Source: Prochlorococcus sp. AG-388-D03
Lineage (GTDB): Bacteria > Cyanobacteriota > Cyanobacteriia > PCC-6307 > Cyanobiaceae
Length of the DNA: 64,000 nt
Direction: 5' to 3'
Assembly (NCBI GenBank): GCA_003279875.1
Contig: QCGN01000005.1
Location: 1,781 to 65,780, forward strand
A program made the translations under genes and the position numbers. Shown here piece after piece: positions 62,845-64,000 of the stretch; the first letter of the stretch is position 1, and every line of letters starts with the position of its first letter. Under the pieces are notes generated by a model, which saw only the letters and a list, made by a program, of their open reading frames with translations, ran no database searches and was not told the origin of the DNA.

Positions 62845-63735
62845 TTACTTAAAATCTTTTGAGAAAGGAAAAATTCTGGGTTCACTTTTAGTAATTTTGC
62901 ATGCTTTTTCGAAGCCAGATAAATCAGAACACATTCTAGATAATGCAGCAAAAGACTTAGGAGAAAAAATCATAACTGGAAGTATAGAAACCAAGAAAAA
63001 CCTATTAGGGATTTTTAATATTAGGCATTTTTTTGCAGCGTCATTTTTACTTACTGAATTCTTCAAAGATTCTATAATTTCCTGATAATTTAAAATAATA
63101 TCCCCTCCCAAATTAATTAAATTATTACTTACTTTATTTTTTGTTTTTAGTAATTCAATCATTAAAAAATAAACCACTTCTGCTAATTGATTTGCGTGAA
63201 TAGGTTGTCTCAAGCCTGAATTAGATGGGATAAAAACTATTTTTAAGTTTCTCATTATAAATAATATCTTGGAAATATTATTATCCTTAATTTCTTTAAA
63301 AGAACCATAAATCATAGTAGGTCTAATTATCTGGCAATTTATATTAAGTTTTTCAGCTATTGATATTAGCTCATTTTCAGATCTTAATAACTTTTTTGCT
63401 AGGTTCTTATCAAAGGGGTTAGATTCAAATCTCTTTGTTATTGCAGAGGAGGATGAACAAGCAATAATACCTCTAAGGTTTACTAATTTAGGATTTTCTT
63501 TATAAAACAAATAATTCAAAAAATCTGCTAAATCCCATATAGGTGCAAAACTTATCAATATAAATTTATCATTATTTATAAGAGAAAAGGAATCGGGTTT
63601 TTTTAGATCAATTTTGAAACCTTTTGTTTGGTCTCTAGAAAAAGGGTAAATTTTATATTTTGGATTTTTAAAATTAAAGTACTTATAAAAAGCTTCTCCA
63701 GATAGAGAGGTCTTACCAAATAGATAAATATTCAT
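62845..63735 (-). CDS. Divergent NAD-dependent epimerase/dehydratase
   Basis: G.TSLSG, SSSS, IRPTMIYG, RQPIH motifs. Confidence 0.7.
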   Translation of the reverse strand: MNIYLFGKTSLSGEAFYKYFNFKNPKYKIYPFSRDQTKGFKIDLKKPDSFSLINNDKFILISFAPIWDLADFLNYLFYKENPKLVNLRGIIACSSSSAITKRFESNPFDKNLAKKLLRSENELISIAEKLNINCQIIRPTMIYGSFKEIKDNNISKILFIMRNLKIVFIPSNSGLRQPIHANQLAEVVYFLMIELLKTKNKVSNNLINLGGDIILNYQEIIESLKNSVSKNDAAKKCLILKIPNRFFLVSILPVMIFSPKSFAALSRMCSDLSGFEKACKITKSEPRIFPFSKDFK

Positions 63736-64000
63736 ATTTCATTAAATATTCTTATTAAGATTCTTCGGGTATATCTTAAAGTATAGGGTATAAAAAAAAA
63801 TATCCCAAATATATTTTTATAGGCATAAAATACTTCTTTCAACCTTAAAATATTCTTTTGAGAGCTTACACCATTTGTAGACATATTAACTAATTCATTA
63901 TCAAGAACTAATATTGAAATATTATCAATGCAACTAAACTTAAGAAAATAATCCAAATCTGAAGCAAGTTTAAATTTTTCCGAAAAACCTGACAACTTTT
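63732..64000 (-). CDS. GT2 glycosyltransferase, C-terminal part (5' end outside window)
   Basis: GF...FK.A.D.D..L, M...GVS motifs. Confidence 0.7.
   Translation of the reverse strand, partial: KLSGFSEKFKLASDLDYFLKFSCIDNISILVLDNELVNMSTNGVSSQKNILRLKEVFYAYKNIFGIFFFIPYTLRYTRRILIRIFNEI

Overview
Low-GC Prochlorococcus-like (high-light clade) chromosomal segment. The assignment rests on psbDC, a pcb antenna gene next to isiB, and the cyanobacterial gene order. Core blocks are ilvN-ycf4-psbD-psbC-maf-cobQ (0-7.4 kb), an iron-stress region with idiA/futA, piuC, porin, glyQ, pcb and isiB (24-33.5 kb), and sppA-aroH-rpmH-rnpA-yidC-serS-rseP-rpsN-pnp-cysQ-rsmI (40-53 kb). There are two accessory islands. 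(1) A ~16 kb very AT-rich island (~8.4-24.1 kb) lies at the 3' end of tRNA-Ser(CGA). It carries an intact, functionally uncharacterised module of DUF4956 membrane protein, secreted metallophosphoesterase, CotH-type kinase/beta-helix protein, VTC (polyphosphate polymerase) domain protein and a second metallophosphoesterase. This module is flanked by a GT2-GtrA fusion, GT-C-like membrane proteins, several pseudogenes (including a serine recombinase and a phytase-like gene), a LexA-boxed small gene and a cluster of TGTACNMCAT repeats. (2) The start of the LPS/O-antigen island follows tRNA-Arg(UCU) and contains gmd, fcl, manC, epimerases, pglF-like and wecA-like genes. The VTC/CotH/DUF4956/phosphatase module is the best candidate for an undescribed system; the working hypothesis is polyphosphate-fuelled cell-surface phosphorylation. 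All calls come from motif recognition by eye; no database searches were run.
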